NCBI GenBank assembly: GCA_000004695.1
Contig: CM000153.2
Coordinates: forward strand, 1,952,001-2,016,000
Origin: Dictyostelium discoideum
Lineage: Eukaryota
Length of the DNA: 64,000 bases
Reading direction: 5' to 3'
Part shown: positions 27,111-39,252 of the stretch, piece after piece
Numbering within the stretch: position 1 is the first letter of the stretch
How the letters are laid out: the number at the start of each line of letters is the position of its first letter
Made by a program: the position numbers and the translations under genes
The notes under the pieces: model-generated
Told to the model about the DNA's origin: nothing
The model's input: the letters and a program-made list of their open reading frames with translations, nothing else
Databases searched by the model: none

Positions 27111-28534
27111 TTAATCAAAAGAAATAAACTTTTTTGTTCTATTTTTTCTTTTTTTAATAACTGTAATGAAAGCTAATACAATTAGGCATATACTTGATAA
27201 AGTAACAATTGGTATGAAAAATTTTAACCATGATTTACTATTGGATTTCTTTTGAACAATATTATTATTATTGACTTGATTGGAATAAATAAAGGATTTA
27301 GAATTAATAGGTGCATTTAAAAATTCAAATTCTTCACTTTGATCAGTGCCATGATAAACAGCATAAGCACTATCAATATTTTTAGCAATCTTTTCATTGA
27401 TTTTACTTTCGAGAAGAATTTCTTTTGATTTCTTTTTTAAAATGTCATAAATTGTTATTGTACCTTCTTGACTGGTGTAAAACATTAAATACCTTGTGTT
27501 TTCACTCTTTATATAAAATGTTGGTTGATAAACTCCTGAATGAATTAATGTTTTTTCTTTACTTTTTAAATCAACTGTGTAAATACCGAAATCTCCTGAA
27601 ATTCTATCAGAACCAGAAATAACGAAAATATCTTGATATTGGGTAATATAAGTTGTATAGAAATATAATTCTGAATCGAATGGTATTGATTTTATATTTT
27701 TATCAGTACAATTAAATTGAATGATAAATTGATTTTGGTAATAATCTTTTACGAAACCATAATAGATATTTGTGATTTTATTATGACATGATTTAAATGA
27801 TTGCACCTCTTCAATACCACCAAATACATAAATATTTTTATCAATGTAATTAATTATTTCTTTAAAATCTGGTTTCTTTTTTTTATTTTCATTTGTCCAC
27901 ATTTCATTTATTGGAATTGATTGTTCAAATCCAGACTCTTCAATAAATGAAATTCCAAATGGTCTAATAAATTGAGAATATTCATTTGAACTTTGGTATG
28001 TCATACCAATAACATTATATTTATATTCATTATAATAAATCATTGATGGATTTGCAATATATGAATTTTTAACATCCTTTAAATCATTATAAATATTGAA
28101 TTCTTCATTCTTTTCGAAATTTAATGAAATTTTATTTTTCATTCCCCAAATTGATCCTATTGTGGTTAACTTTAAAAAGAAAAAAAAATGAAAAAAATAA
28201 AATAAAATTAATTAATATCATTGATGATTGAATTATTATTAATAAATTATATATATACCGAAAAGTTTGATTTTGCCATAATTATTTCATTTGGAATTTT
28301 ATCATTTTTATTAAAATTAATTTCATTGAAATGAATAATATCTGTTGAACTTTCATTTAAAAGTATTCCAAACAATGTCCCACCATTTAAAAAATAACAA
28401 ATATTTGGTTCATTGATTTGTGAGTTCTTTATAAATTTCATATCAGCAAGTTTAACTTTGCTTGAGTATGAATATCCATTTATTAATATAAATGAAAAAA
28501 TTAATAATAATAAACAAATAAAAATTATTTTCAT
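27111..28534 (-). CDS. Secreted / type-I membrane protein (signal peptide, extracellular domain, C-terminal TM, basic cytosolic tail); 2 exons: 28534..28259, 28169..27111
   Basis: Exon 1 MKIIFICLLLLIFSFILINGYSYS… (a classic signal peptide) ends at a GTATAT donor. The acceptor ttttaaag| joins in phase 0 to LTTIGSIWGMKNKISLNFEK… A C-terminal TM (FFIPIVTLSSICLIVLAFITVI) is followed by KKRKNRTKK. No family assignment. Confidence 0.6.
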
Positions 28535-28983
28535 TCTAAATATACATTAGTATAATACTTCTAAATTTATATTTTAACGATAAAAATAATAATAACATAG
28601 CAATACATTATTTATTGTTTTTAAAAATAATAAAAAATAATTGGGTGTGTGGTTATTTTATTTTTTATTTCTTTTTCAAACCCACACTTCCAAATTGTTT
28701 TTTTTATTATTCAAATTTAAAAAATCATTTCAGCAAAACAAAAAATTCTAACAACATTTTGGTATGATTACCCTTTCATTAAAAAAAAGAACCACCATTT
28801 TAAGATCTCAGATTACTAAAAAATAATTAAAAAAAAAAATGGAATAAAAACAAAATAACTAAATAATTAAAATTTATTTACATAAAAAAAAAACCATTAA
28901 AATTTTCAAAGTAAATATTAAATGAAGTATTCTATATATTTTTATTTATTAAGATTTCTAAAGATTGAAACTAATATAAACTG

Positions 28984-29014
<31 letters not shown>

Positions 29015-29058
29015 ATTATATTAAAAATACTTGAAAATGGTTTTTAATTTATAAAAAA

Positions 29059-29922
29059 CTAATAATCAGTTGAAATTGATAATTCTGACCATTTTTCAGC
29101 TTCTAATAAATGAGATTCTAATTGTTTTTTTGCTGCTGTTAATGAATCTGTTCCTAAAAATAAATTATTTGGTAATTTATCAGTGGTAGATAATTTAATT
29201 AACAGATCAGCAGCTTTTTCTGGATTACCTCTTGATAATGGGGAATATTTATTAAATAATTCAATTAATGAATTTGTTTTATACTCTTCAATAAATGAGG
29301 ATGGAATTTGGAAATTTGATTGTTGACCAACAACAAAACCAGTTCTAAATCCACCTGGACTTACTAAAATTACATTAACATTAAATGGTTTCAATTCTTT
29401 TTGAATTGATAATGTTATTGAATTCACAGCATGTTTAGTAGAACTGTATGCTGAATAATTTTCCATATTATCCCAACCCATTTGTGATGAAATATTAATG
29501 ATGGTACCAGATCTTTGATTTCTAAAATATGGTGTAGTATGTCTAAGAAGATGTAAAACACCAAATACATTTACATCATAAATCTTTCTAAATTCTAAAT
29601 CGGTCAATTCTTCAATTGAACCAACTAAACCATACCCAGCATTATTAACAAGTACATCAATTTTACCAAATTTTTCAACAGTTTTTTTAACAGCATTCTT
29701 TACAGATTCATCATTTGTTATATCGGTTTTAACAATTAATAAATTACCATTTTCAAAATTAATTTGTTTTACTTGATTTTCAATTTCTTCAGGTTTACGA
29801 GTTAATGCTGAAACTTTAAAACCATTTTTTAATAATTTTTTAACCAATTCTAAACCAATTCCACTTGATGTTCCAGTAACAATCCAAGTTTTATTGGTAT
29901 TATTATTTTCAATTGATTCCAT
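29059..29922 (-). CDS. Short-chain dehydrogenase/reductase (SDR) family oxidoreductase, single exon, 287 aa
   Basis: N-terminal Rossmann motif WIVTGTSSGIGLELVKKLL (TGxxxGIG), NNAG motif LVNNAGYG, and catalytic YSSTK (YxxxK) with an upstream Ser. ATG at 29922-29920. Confidence 0.85.
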   Translation of the reverse strand: MESIENNNTNKTWIVTGTSSGIGLELVKKLLKNGFKVSALTRKPEEIENQVKQINFENGNLLIVKTDITNDESVKNAVKKTVEKFGKIDVLVNNAGYGLVGSIEELTDLEFRKIYDVNVFGVLHLLRHTTPYFRNQRSGTIINISSQMGWDNMENYSAYSSTKHAVNSITLSIQKELKPFNVNVILVSPGGFRTGFVVGQQSNFQIPSSFIEEYKTNSLIELFNKYSPLSRGNPEKAADLLIKLSTTDKLPNNLFLGTDSLTAAKKQLESHLLEAEKWSELSISTDY

Positions 29923-30295
29923 TTTTTTTTTTTTAATTTGAAATAAATATAATAATTTATTGTTTTTTTTTTTTTTTAATATTTAATTATTTGTTTTGTT
30001 TATTTGTTGATATTTAATTTAAAAAAAAAAATTTGGTTTAAATAGGGTTTTTTTTTTTTTTTTTTAATCCTTTACAACAAATCATTTTGAACATCCTTTA
30101 TTTAAATAAAATCAGTCCAACTTCTGATATTTTAAAAGTGTTCGAATATTTATTAAAAATATCAGAAGATGACGATAAAATAAAAAAGAAAAAAAAAAAA
30201 ATTAAATTTCTGACTTTTTTTAGACGTGGGATTTCCAATAGATTTGATAGAAAAAAAAAAAAAATTTTAAAACCTTGGACTTTATCGATTATTTG

Positions 30296-30330
<35 letters not shown>

Positions 30331-30428
30331 ATAATAAAATTTGGGTGTATACTTAAAAGTGAAAAACATTAAACCAAAACATATAATTCAAATAAAATTA
30401 AAAATAAAATAGATGTTTTTGAGTTTGG

Positions 30429-30464
<36 letters not shown>

Positions 30465-30533
30465 ATTTGTTTGAAAAAAAATAAAAAAATAAAAAAAATA
30501 AAAAAGAAAATTAATTATCATATTATTATTCTT

Positions 30534-30568
<35 letters not shown>

Positions 30569-31104
30569 ATTAAACAATAAACATTTCCTAAAATCAAAAA
30601 AAAAAAAATCTTTAAGATGGTTTGATGTTAAAAAAAAAAAAAAATATAAAAAAATAAAAAAAAATAAAAAATTTAAAAAATTTAAAAAAAATGATCGGTA
30701 TTATATTATAATGCCGAATAATATAATACCAACCTCGACAATAATTAAATTTAAATTATTTTTAAATTATTTTTAAATTAATATAATTAAAAATAGAACA
30801 AGATATTTATGAAGTTGAAATTTCAATTTGTTATATATTAAAAATTTAATTTAACACACAAAAAATTTAAATTAATTAATGATACTTAAAAATGTTTATT
30901 TATTTTTTTAATATTATTAAAAAATTTTTTTTTTTTTTTTTTTTTTATTTGAAATATTGTTAATTGTGTTAAGCTATTATTAATGCGCTTTTTATTTATT
31001 ATTATTACTTTATTATTTGTAATTTTATTTTTTATTTTTTTTTTTATTTTTTTTTTAATACTACACAAAACGCGTTTATTTCTTTTTTTTAAAATTTATA
31101 TAAT

Positions 31105-31854
31105 TTATTGTGAAGATAATCTTTTAGCGGCATCTAAAGCGACTTCTAACATCTTAAAGGTACCTTGATGAACGACATCTCTGTTTGGTTCGTATTTTTC
31201 AGAGATTTCTCTTTCAAAGATATAGTTATCAATGTTTACACAAGCACCAGCTCTAATTCCTCTGAGGGAAGCGACGATGAATAAGATGGAGGCTTCCATT
31301 TCGATGGCTAAAACCTTTGAACGAGCCCATAATTTATTGTGGTTACCTAATGGACCATCGAAAAAGTGACCAACGGTTGTGATGATACCAACACCGTATT
31401 GCTCATTTGAGAGACCATTTGATTTAGCGGATTCGATGAGAGCACCAACAACTTCGTGATCAGAGATTGCTGGATAGCCAAGTGGGACCAAACCCTCGGA
31501 AACACCATCACTTCTGACGGCACCGGTTGCAATGACAAGACTACCCTCACGATAACGTGGATCGAATGAGCCTGCTGTACCTGCACGAATGATGGTTGTA
31601 ACACCTGCTTGAATTAACTCTTCGAAACAAACTGATGCACCACCACCACCAATACCATGTGACATAACTAACATTTCTGTATCTTTCCACATACCTTTAT
31701 AACAATGGAATTCTCTAACTGCGCATACTAATTCAGTGACCACAAAGTGTTTCTCTGATACTAATTTGGCTCTATTTGGATCACCAACTACAACACATAC
31801 TTTTGGTAATTTACCTATTGGTAATAAACAAATTGGTGTTACTTTAATTTCCAT
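31105..31854 (-). CDS. Uridine phosphorylase, bacterial Udp/DeoD-like (PNP_UDP_1 family), single exon, 249 aa
   Basis: Collinear with E. coli Udp as I recall it: GDPNRAKLVS (Udp GDPDRVEKIA), REFHCYKGMWKDTEMLVMSHGIGGGGASVCFEELIQAGVTTIIRAGTAGS (Udp [50 protein letters not shown]), IEMEASILF (Udp YEMESATLL), GIRAGACVNI. There is no intron, and this is the most GC-rich coding segment in the window. Confidence 0.85.
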   Translation of the reverse strand: MEIKVTPICLLPIGKLPKVCVVVGDPNRAKLVSEKHFVVTELVCAVREFHCYKGMWKDTEMLVMSHGIGGGGASVCFEELIQAGVTTIIRAGTAGSFDPRYREGSLVIATGAVRSDGVSEGLVPLGYPAISDHEVVGALIESAKSNGLSNEQYGVGIITTVGHFFDGPLGNHNKLWARSKVLAIEMEASILFIVASLRGIRAGACVNIDNYIFEREISEKYEPNRDVVHQGTFKMLEVALDAAKRLSSQ

Positions 31855-31980
31855 TATATTGTTATATTTATATTGGTTGGTTGATGTGTGCTTCTGTTTG
31901 TGTTTTTGTATTATTTAATATTATATATGCGTATTTTTAAAATATCTAAATTTTTTAATTATTTAGAATAATGAATTTTG

Positions 31981-32011
<31 letters not shown>

Positions 32012-32601
32012 AAACAATTGTTGCCAAACTATTCATTTTTTAAAAAAAAAAAAAATCTGAAAAAAAAAAAAAAAATAAAAAAAAATAAAAACTTTTTTTC
32101 AGTTTTTTTATTTTGAAAAAAAATTGGGTGACTCGTCTAAAATGCCTTATATTAAAAAAAAAAAAAGTGTTTAGTTAATTGTTTTTTTTTTTTTTTTTGT
32201 GGTAATTTAAAAAAAAAAGTTTAGGTGATATTTTCTTTTTCTTTTTTTTTTTTTTTTTTTTTCTTGACAAAAATATGGCTTAGTTAATTGAATAGTGGTA
32301 AAGTGGGACAAAGATAGATCTCTATCTCTATCTCTATCTCTACTTTTTAATTTAAATTCCATTTATTACAATAATTCATCACAAGCCAATACCATAATAG
32401 TATAAATTTTAAAATTTTAAATAAAAATAAAAAAAATATTGTTTTATATTTATTTATTAACTTTTTGTGGGAAACCTAAACCAAAATATTTTTTTATTTT
32501 TTTATTTTTTTGTTATTTTGAAAAAATAGTAATATAATATTTTATTAATTAAAATTACCTTTTTTAATATTAAATTAGATATGGGCAGGTGTAATTAATT
32601 T

Positions 32602-32648
<47 letters not shown>

Positions 32649-32861
32649 TAAATAAAAATTTAATGGTTAATTAAAATGTTTTCTTAAAAAAAAAAAAAAA
32701 GTCTTTTAAACTATTTATTATAATTTTTATTATCATTTTTTTAAATTATTTGTTATTATTTTTTTTTTATTTTTATTTTTTTAAATTTGTTTTTTAATAT
32801 AAAAAAAATATAAAAATGCAATTCAATTTTTTTTAATATTTCTAACCAGGCCATTAGTGAG

Positions 32862-32897
<36 letters not shown>

Positions 32898-33041
32898 TTA
32901 TCAAAAAAAAAAAAAAAAAATTAAAAAAAAAAATTAAAAAATATAAAAATTATTTTTAAATTTCCCATTTGAATAAAATTTAAATTTCTTACAATTGGAA
33001 AAGCACACACACACACCCACACTTACATATAGAGAGTAACA

Positions 33042-34076
33042 ATGAGCAAAGAGATTTTTATTGGCATTGATGGTGGTGGTACAAAAACATCAACGGTTGC
33101 AGTTGATTCAAATGGTCAAGAATTAGCAAGACATACATCACCATGTAGTAACTATCATAGTGTTGGTGAAGATTTAGCAAAAGCAGCAATTAACGAAGGT
33201 ATAAAATATGTAATTAGAAAAGTTAAGGAGACAATCACAGATGATGATAATAAAGAAGTTACAGTTGGATCAATTTGTTTAGGTATGAGTGGTGTAGATA
33301 GAGAGAAAGATAAACTATTAGTTAAATCATGGGTAACTGAATTATTGGGAGAATCAATCAACTACAGCATTCACAACGATGCAATCGTAGCTTTATCAAG
33401 TGGAACTCAAGGTAAACTATTTGGAGTTGTCATTATCTGTGGCACAGGTTGCATTTCATTAGGATTCAATAGGGAGGGTGTCTCAGGCAGATCAGGTGGT
33501 TGGGGACCATTATTAGGCGACTATGGCAGTGGCTACCAAATTGGTTACGATATCCTCAGACATGTTTTAAAAGCAAAAGATCAAGTTGGTCCAAAAACTT
33601 CACTAACTCAAGTTTTATTAGAAAAATTACAACTCACCAAAGAAGAAGATTTAATCTCATGGGCTTATGATCCAAAAACTCAAAGTTGGCAAAAGTTTGC
33701 TCAATTATCACCTTTAGCTTTTGAGCAAGCCCAATTAGGTGATGAAATTTCAAATTTAATTTTAGTTGATGCTGCAAATGCACTTTATGTTTGTATTAAT
33801 TAATTAATAATTAATAATTAATAGAAAACTTTATTTTATATTAATTTTTAATTATTTAATTAGGATTTAATTAATAGTGTTATTAAAAAGTTGGGATTGG
33901 ATAAAGAAGAGAAATTCCCATTGGTTTATACTGGAGGAAATATTGAGAGAAAAGGTATTCTTTCTGATCTTTTATCCAAGAAAATTATGGAAAATTATCC
34001 AAATGCTGAAATTTTAAATACTACTTGTGATCCTTCAATGGGTGCTGCTTTATTGGCATTAAACTCTAAGAAATAA
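33042..34076 (+). CDS. N-acetylglucosamine kinase (BadF/BadG/BcrA/BcrD ATPase family; NAGK-like); 2 exons: 33042..33788, 33864..34076 (about 319 aa)
   Basis: N-terminal IFIGIDGGGTKTSTVAV (human NAGK IYGGVEGGGTRSEVLLV), and middle …VVIICGTGCISLGFNREGVSGRSGGWGPLLGDYGSGYQIGYDIL (NAGK [41 protein letters not shown]). Exon 2 (acceptor taattag|) encodes DLINSVIKKLGLDKEEKFPLVYTGGNIERKG…CDPSMGAALLALNSKK*. The only phase-compatible donor is TAT|GTTTGT, which is non-consensus. Confidence 0.75.
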
Positions 34077-34239
34077 ACTTATTTTTATCTTTTTTTTTCC
34101 AATGGAAAATATAATATAAAATAAAATAAAAATAAAAATAGAAAAAAAATAAAAAAAAAAATAAAAAAAAAATAAAATTTCATATTCAAAATTTTTTTAT
34201 TTTTTCTTTTTTTTTTATTTTTTTTTTTTTTAATTTTTT

Positions 34240-34270
<31 letters not shown>

Positions 34271-34676
34271 GAAATTAATTTTTTAACACACATCACACAC
34301 ACTCCATTAATAAAAACACATACATACATATATATCCAACCTCTCCTATGGTATCAAAGTTTTAATTAATTATTCCCCTTTTTTTTTTTCATTTTTTTTT
34401 TCCTTCTATTTGATTAATAATAATAATTAAAAAAAAAAAAAAAAAATAATAAAAAAAATAATAATAATAATAATTAAAAAAAAAAAAGTAATAAAAACCA
34501 AAACAAACAAAACAAAACAAAACAAAATAAAATAAAATAAAATAAAATAAAAAAAAAAAAAAAAAAAAAAACAAAACAAAACATATCACAAATAATTTTG
34601 CTTTTTTTTTTTTTTTTTTAAAAATTTTGTTTTAAATTTTTTTTTTTTTTTTATTCATCAAAATTATTGATCTCCA

Positions 34677-35658
34677 ATGAACCAAGATTTTGAGCACCAA
34701 TTATCTTTTCACAGTAATAATAATAGTAATAGTAATCATCATCACAGTTATAACAACAGTATAAATAGTGGTAGCAGTAGTAGCGGCAGTAATAACAGTA
34801 GTAATAACAATAGTTTCAACGACGAGATAGAGGGTGGTGAGATACAAGAAGAACCATATATCAGTAGTAGTAGTATAAGAACATCAGAACTTGACCAAAA
34901 GATTCTATTTCTTTCAAAGGATAGAAATTTAAGTAAAAGAACAGGATCAGAGGATCCTCAGTATGGATCTTTTTTCAATACTTTATCAGAGCCTTTAATA
35001 TTATCACAACAATCACATCAACAACATAAAAAACAAAACCGAGATCAACATTCATCATCGTCATCATCATCATCTTCTTCATCTTCTTCTTCAAGTCGTT
35101 CAAAGAGATCAAATCAACCACCACCTTTAGTTGGAATTGCAGCTATTAATCAACAACAACAACATTTACAAAAACAAAAACAACAATTACAACAACAACA
35201 AATTCAAATTCAATTACAAAAACAACAATTACAACAACAAATAGTTCAGCATCAAACTGAATTACAAAATAAATCAACACCTTCAAAAACCTCTTCAGCA
35301 TCTTCTCCACCTCAAAATACTTTATCAGCACCAGCACCACCAGCACCAGCACCAACATCAGCACCAACATCAGCACCAACATCATCATCAGTATCATCAT
35401 TAACACAACCACAAAAACCAAAGTAAGTTATTATAATCAAATCAAACTTTTTTATTTTTTTATTTTTTTTTATTTTTATTATTTTTTGAAAAAAAAAAAA
35501 AAATTTATTAATAATTTTAACAATTAATTTTAGATCTGTACAATATTCTCAACCAGCTCCTTTAGAAATAAGAGAAGAAAAGGTTGACCCTAATGTATGT
35601 ATCATTTTTAATGTTAAAAAAAAAATAAAACAAATATATAATAAAAAAAAGTGTTAAC

Positions 35659-35708
<50 letters not shown>

Positions 35709-36974
35709 ATTACTATTAGATAAAAGAAGAGTTTGAAAACACAGAAAGCAAAATATCATCGATTATTCAGTCTATGATTTGCCCAATAAGTCCATTACGC
35801 TCTCCATTTAACGAATCGATAGTTTATACCAATATTTCATCATCATCATCAGATTTTGATTATAATAATAGTAATAGTAATAATAGCAATAATAATAACA
35901 ATAATAATAATAGTATCACTGAAAACAATACAGACAAAATGATAAACAATCAACCCTCATCAACTAATAGTAAAAAATTAAAAACAAATGAAATAGATTC
36001 AAAAGATACATCAAACAATAACTTAAATGGAGCAGATTTTAAAAAAACTACAACCACCACCACCACAACTACTACATCATCAACATCAGAGCCAATTAAA
36101 TCACCAAATAGTAGTAGCAGTACCAACTCATCAGCAAGTACTACCCCAACTGTAAAGAAGGAAAAACTAATTTTAAAAATACCAAAGTTAGTTGTAAAAT
36201 CAGATAGCGGCACCAATAAAGAAAGCAATAGTAGTAATTCTTCTTCAACCACTTCAACACCAAAATCAAAAGACTTGGAAGAAAAAAAGGAAAAAGAAAA
36301 ATCTGAAAAGGAAAAGGGAGAAAAACTAGAGAAATCAGAGAAATCAGACAAATCAGAGAAAACAGAGAAAACAGAGAAAGCAGAGAAAACAGAGAAATCA
36401 GAGAAATCAGAGAAATCAGAGAAAACAGATCAACTTGAAAAAGCAGAGAAATTAGAAAAAGAAGAAAAAACAGAAAAAAAAAAAACAGAAAAAGTTGAAA
36501 AAGCAGGAAAAGTAGAAAAGAAAGAAAAGCCTAAAGATAAACAAACTAAACAAGAAAAAGAAAAAGAAAAGGAAAAAGAGAAAGAAACGGAAAAAGAAAA
36601 AGAAAAAAAAGATAAAGTTTCAAGCAAAAAAGATGAACTTCAACCAATAGAAGAAGATAAAAAAAAGATTGGTGGTAAAAGAAAATCAATAAATTCATCA
36701 AAACCAGAATTCAAATCAGATTCAATCGATATGGATATTGACGAACCAAATCCAAAATCCTCTTCAAATTATAACGATTCTGATGATGACTCCGAAAACG
36801 AAATTGATAAATCCGATAAAAGATCACAAAAGAAATCAAAAGTTGAATCACCACCAAAATCTTCAAAATTATCAAATGGAAAAGATAAAAAATCAACCAC
36901 CACCACCACAACATCGACATCTTCATCATCATCATTACCATCATTGTCATCATCTTCATCATCATTACCATTGC

Positions 36975-37057
<83 letters not shown>

Positions 37058-37639
37058 ACAACATCGACTAAGATTAAAAAAGAAGAACCACCACCTCCCC
37101 CTCCTCAACAACCTCCACCTCCACCACCTCAACAACCACCTCCACCGCCACCTCCAATTAATCCTTTCTCTGTTTCAGAGCACGATAAGAAAATAATAGA
37201 AAAAGAAACTGGTAAAGATTTAGGTTCAAGTAGAGATAGAGATAATAGTAGTAGAACTACCAACGGCAGAGATTCCGACAGAGATAGAGATAGTCGTGAA
37301 GGAAGTAGAGATCGTGATAGAGATAGAGATCGTGACAGAGATCGTGATAGAGATAGAGACCGTGATAGAGGTAGAGATCGTGGTAATGGTGATAGAGGGG
37401 AAGGAGACAGAGATCGTGACAGAAGTGGCCGTAGTGATAGAGATCGTGATAGAGATCGTGACAGAGATAGAGATCGTGATAGAGATAGAGATCGTGGTAA
37501 TGATAGAGATAGGGATAGAGATAGAGACCGTGATAGAGACCGTGGTAGGGATCGTGGTAGTGATAGAGATAGAGATAGAAAAGATAGCAATAGCAATAAT
37601 AATAGTAATAACAATAACAATAATAACAATAACAATAAC

Positions 37640-37672
<33 letters not shown>

Positions 37673-38587
37673 GACAACAACAATAATAATAACAATAACA
37701 ATAATAATAATAATAAAAGAGATGGTAATAAAGATGGATCATCTAGTGAATTAACACCAAAGAAAACTAAACAAGAGGAGAAATTAATTAGATCACAAAT
37801 TGATCAAATTAAAGAGGATGCAAAGGATTTGAAAAAACTGGCAAAAGAATTACAAAGTAAGAATCAAAATGAATGTTTGGAGATGTATTTACAAGTTGGA
37901 CTAAAGTACCTTTTAACCACACATTATATGATTGAAGTGAATGACCCATTACCAAACATCATTTCATTTTTATCCGAAATTTCATTGTTTTTTTCAAATA
38001 CTTCTCGTTTGGCACTTCATTTCAAAGATGATCCAAAAGCTTCATTATGTTTTAAATGTGAATCATTTTGTTGTATTAAAATGTTTTGTCTTAAAAAAGA
38101 TAATTTAAAACACACTAGAAAAGAGGTTTCCAGTGTGTACTCATCATTTTTACCAAATAGTTCTTCATCATCAAAATCATCATCATCATCGTCATCATCA
38201 TCAAATCAACCAGCAAATCCAGCAACAGCCCCATTAACACCAAATCCTGGTAATCCAAGTGAGTCACCAAGTCAAGCATCATCATCATCAAATCCAACAT
38301 CAACAACCCCATCAGCAACAACAACAACAACAACAACAGCAACAACAACCCCATCAACTACTGCAACTACAACTACAACAAGTAATAATAATCAACCAAA
38401 TACATCTCATGTAAATACTAAAATAGCACAATACTTTAAAGATACAGAAGATATTTTTAGAGGAATGGATGCTTGGGAAAAATCAATACTACACAGTAAT
38501 ATACCTGGTTTTCATTTTAACTTTTTCTATCAACCATACCTTGAATTTATTGATCAAGTAAAAAAAGAATCTGATAAACAGTCTTAA
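34677..38587 (+). CDS. Large low-complexity nuclear-type protein (about 1,225 aa) with poly-S/T/N/Q, EK-rich and (RD)n tracts; C-terminal ~250 aa may be an AF4/FMR2-like C-terminal homology domain; 3 exons: 34677..35422, 35534..35594, 35720..38587
   Basis: Donors are GTAAGT (35423) and GTATGT (35595). Acceptors are aattttag| and tattag|. All phases are consistent and join the ORFs 34677..35426 and 35774..38587. Coding repeats: (TCA/TCT)n giving about 50 consecutive Ser (36960-37060), an about 100-aa RD/RDRG dipeptide array (37290-37570), PPPPPQQ, poly-N and poly-T. The C-terminal region (TPKKTKQEEKLIRSQIDQIKEDAKDLKKLAKELQSKNQNECLEMYLQVGLKYLLTTHYMIEV … IFRGMDAWEKSILHSNIPGFHFNFFYQP) is non-repetitive. 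All minus-strand ORFs across this span are repeat artefacts. Confidence 0.6.
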
Positions 38588-38635
38588 TTTATTTATTTAT
38601 TTTTAGATTTTTTTTTTTTTTTTTTGGAAAGAAAC

Positions 38636-38666
<31 letters not shown>

Positions 38667-38909
38667 GAAATATATAATAAGATAAGGAATCAATTATATA
38701 AATATTTAATAATTATAAAAAAAACTATCGTACATTAATAACAAAATATCTTCTAAATAAAATAATCAAAATGAAATACAACAACACTTTAAATTTTTTT
38801 TTTTTTTTTTTTTCACCAAAAAATTTATTTTTGTTTTGATTTTTTTTTATTTTTATTTTTATTTTTTTTTTCATTTCACTCCTTTTTTTTTTTTTTTCTA
38901 TTTTTAAAA

Positions 38910-39221
38910 ATGATTATCAAATTATTTAATTATATTACAAGTAATCAAAAAATATTATTTTTATCATTGGTTTTATATAGGTGTATTAATTCATTATTGA
39001 TTAATACTTTTTTTGATCCAGATGAATATTGGCAAAGTTTAGAGGTAGCCCATAAACTAGTATTTGGGTATGGTTACTTGACTTGGGAATGGTCAGAAGG
39101 TTTAAGAAGTTTCATTCACCCATTAATATTTGTTTATCTCTTTAAATTTTTAAAATTTTTAAATTTAGATTCAACATTTTTCATTGTAATTATAATTATT
39201 TAATTTTTAATTTCATTATTT

Positions 39222-39252
<31 letters not shown>

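Noticed and set aside
30087-31168. ORFs 30087..30296(+), 30471..30776(+), 30886..31068(-), 30983..31168(+) rich in K/I/F
   Set aside because: AT-saturated intergenic DNA between the SDR and Udp genes. Lysine/isoleucine runs come from AAA/ATT repeats.
35146-38357. Multiple ORFs on both strands (35146..35421-, 35950..36351-, 36430..36627-, 36711..37064-, 36738..37196+, 37129..37701-, 37257..37742-, 37296..37754+, 38115..38357-)
   Set aside because: All lie inside the 34677..38587 gene and are other-frame or antisense readings of its trinucleotide and hexanucleotide coding repeats (poly-M, poly-L, poly-H, poly-Y/C, EI repeats).
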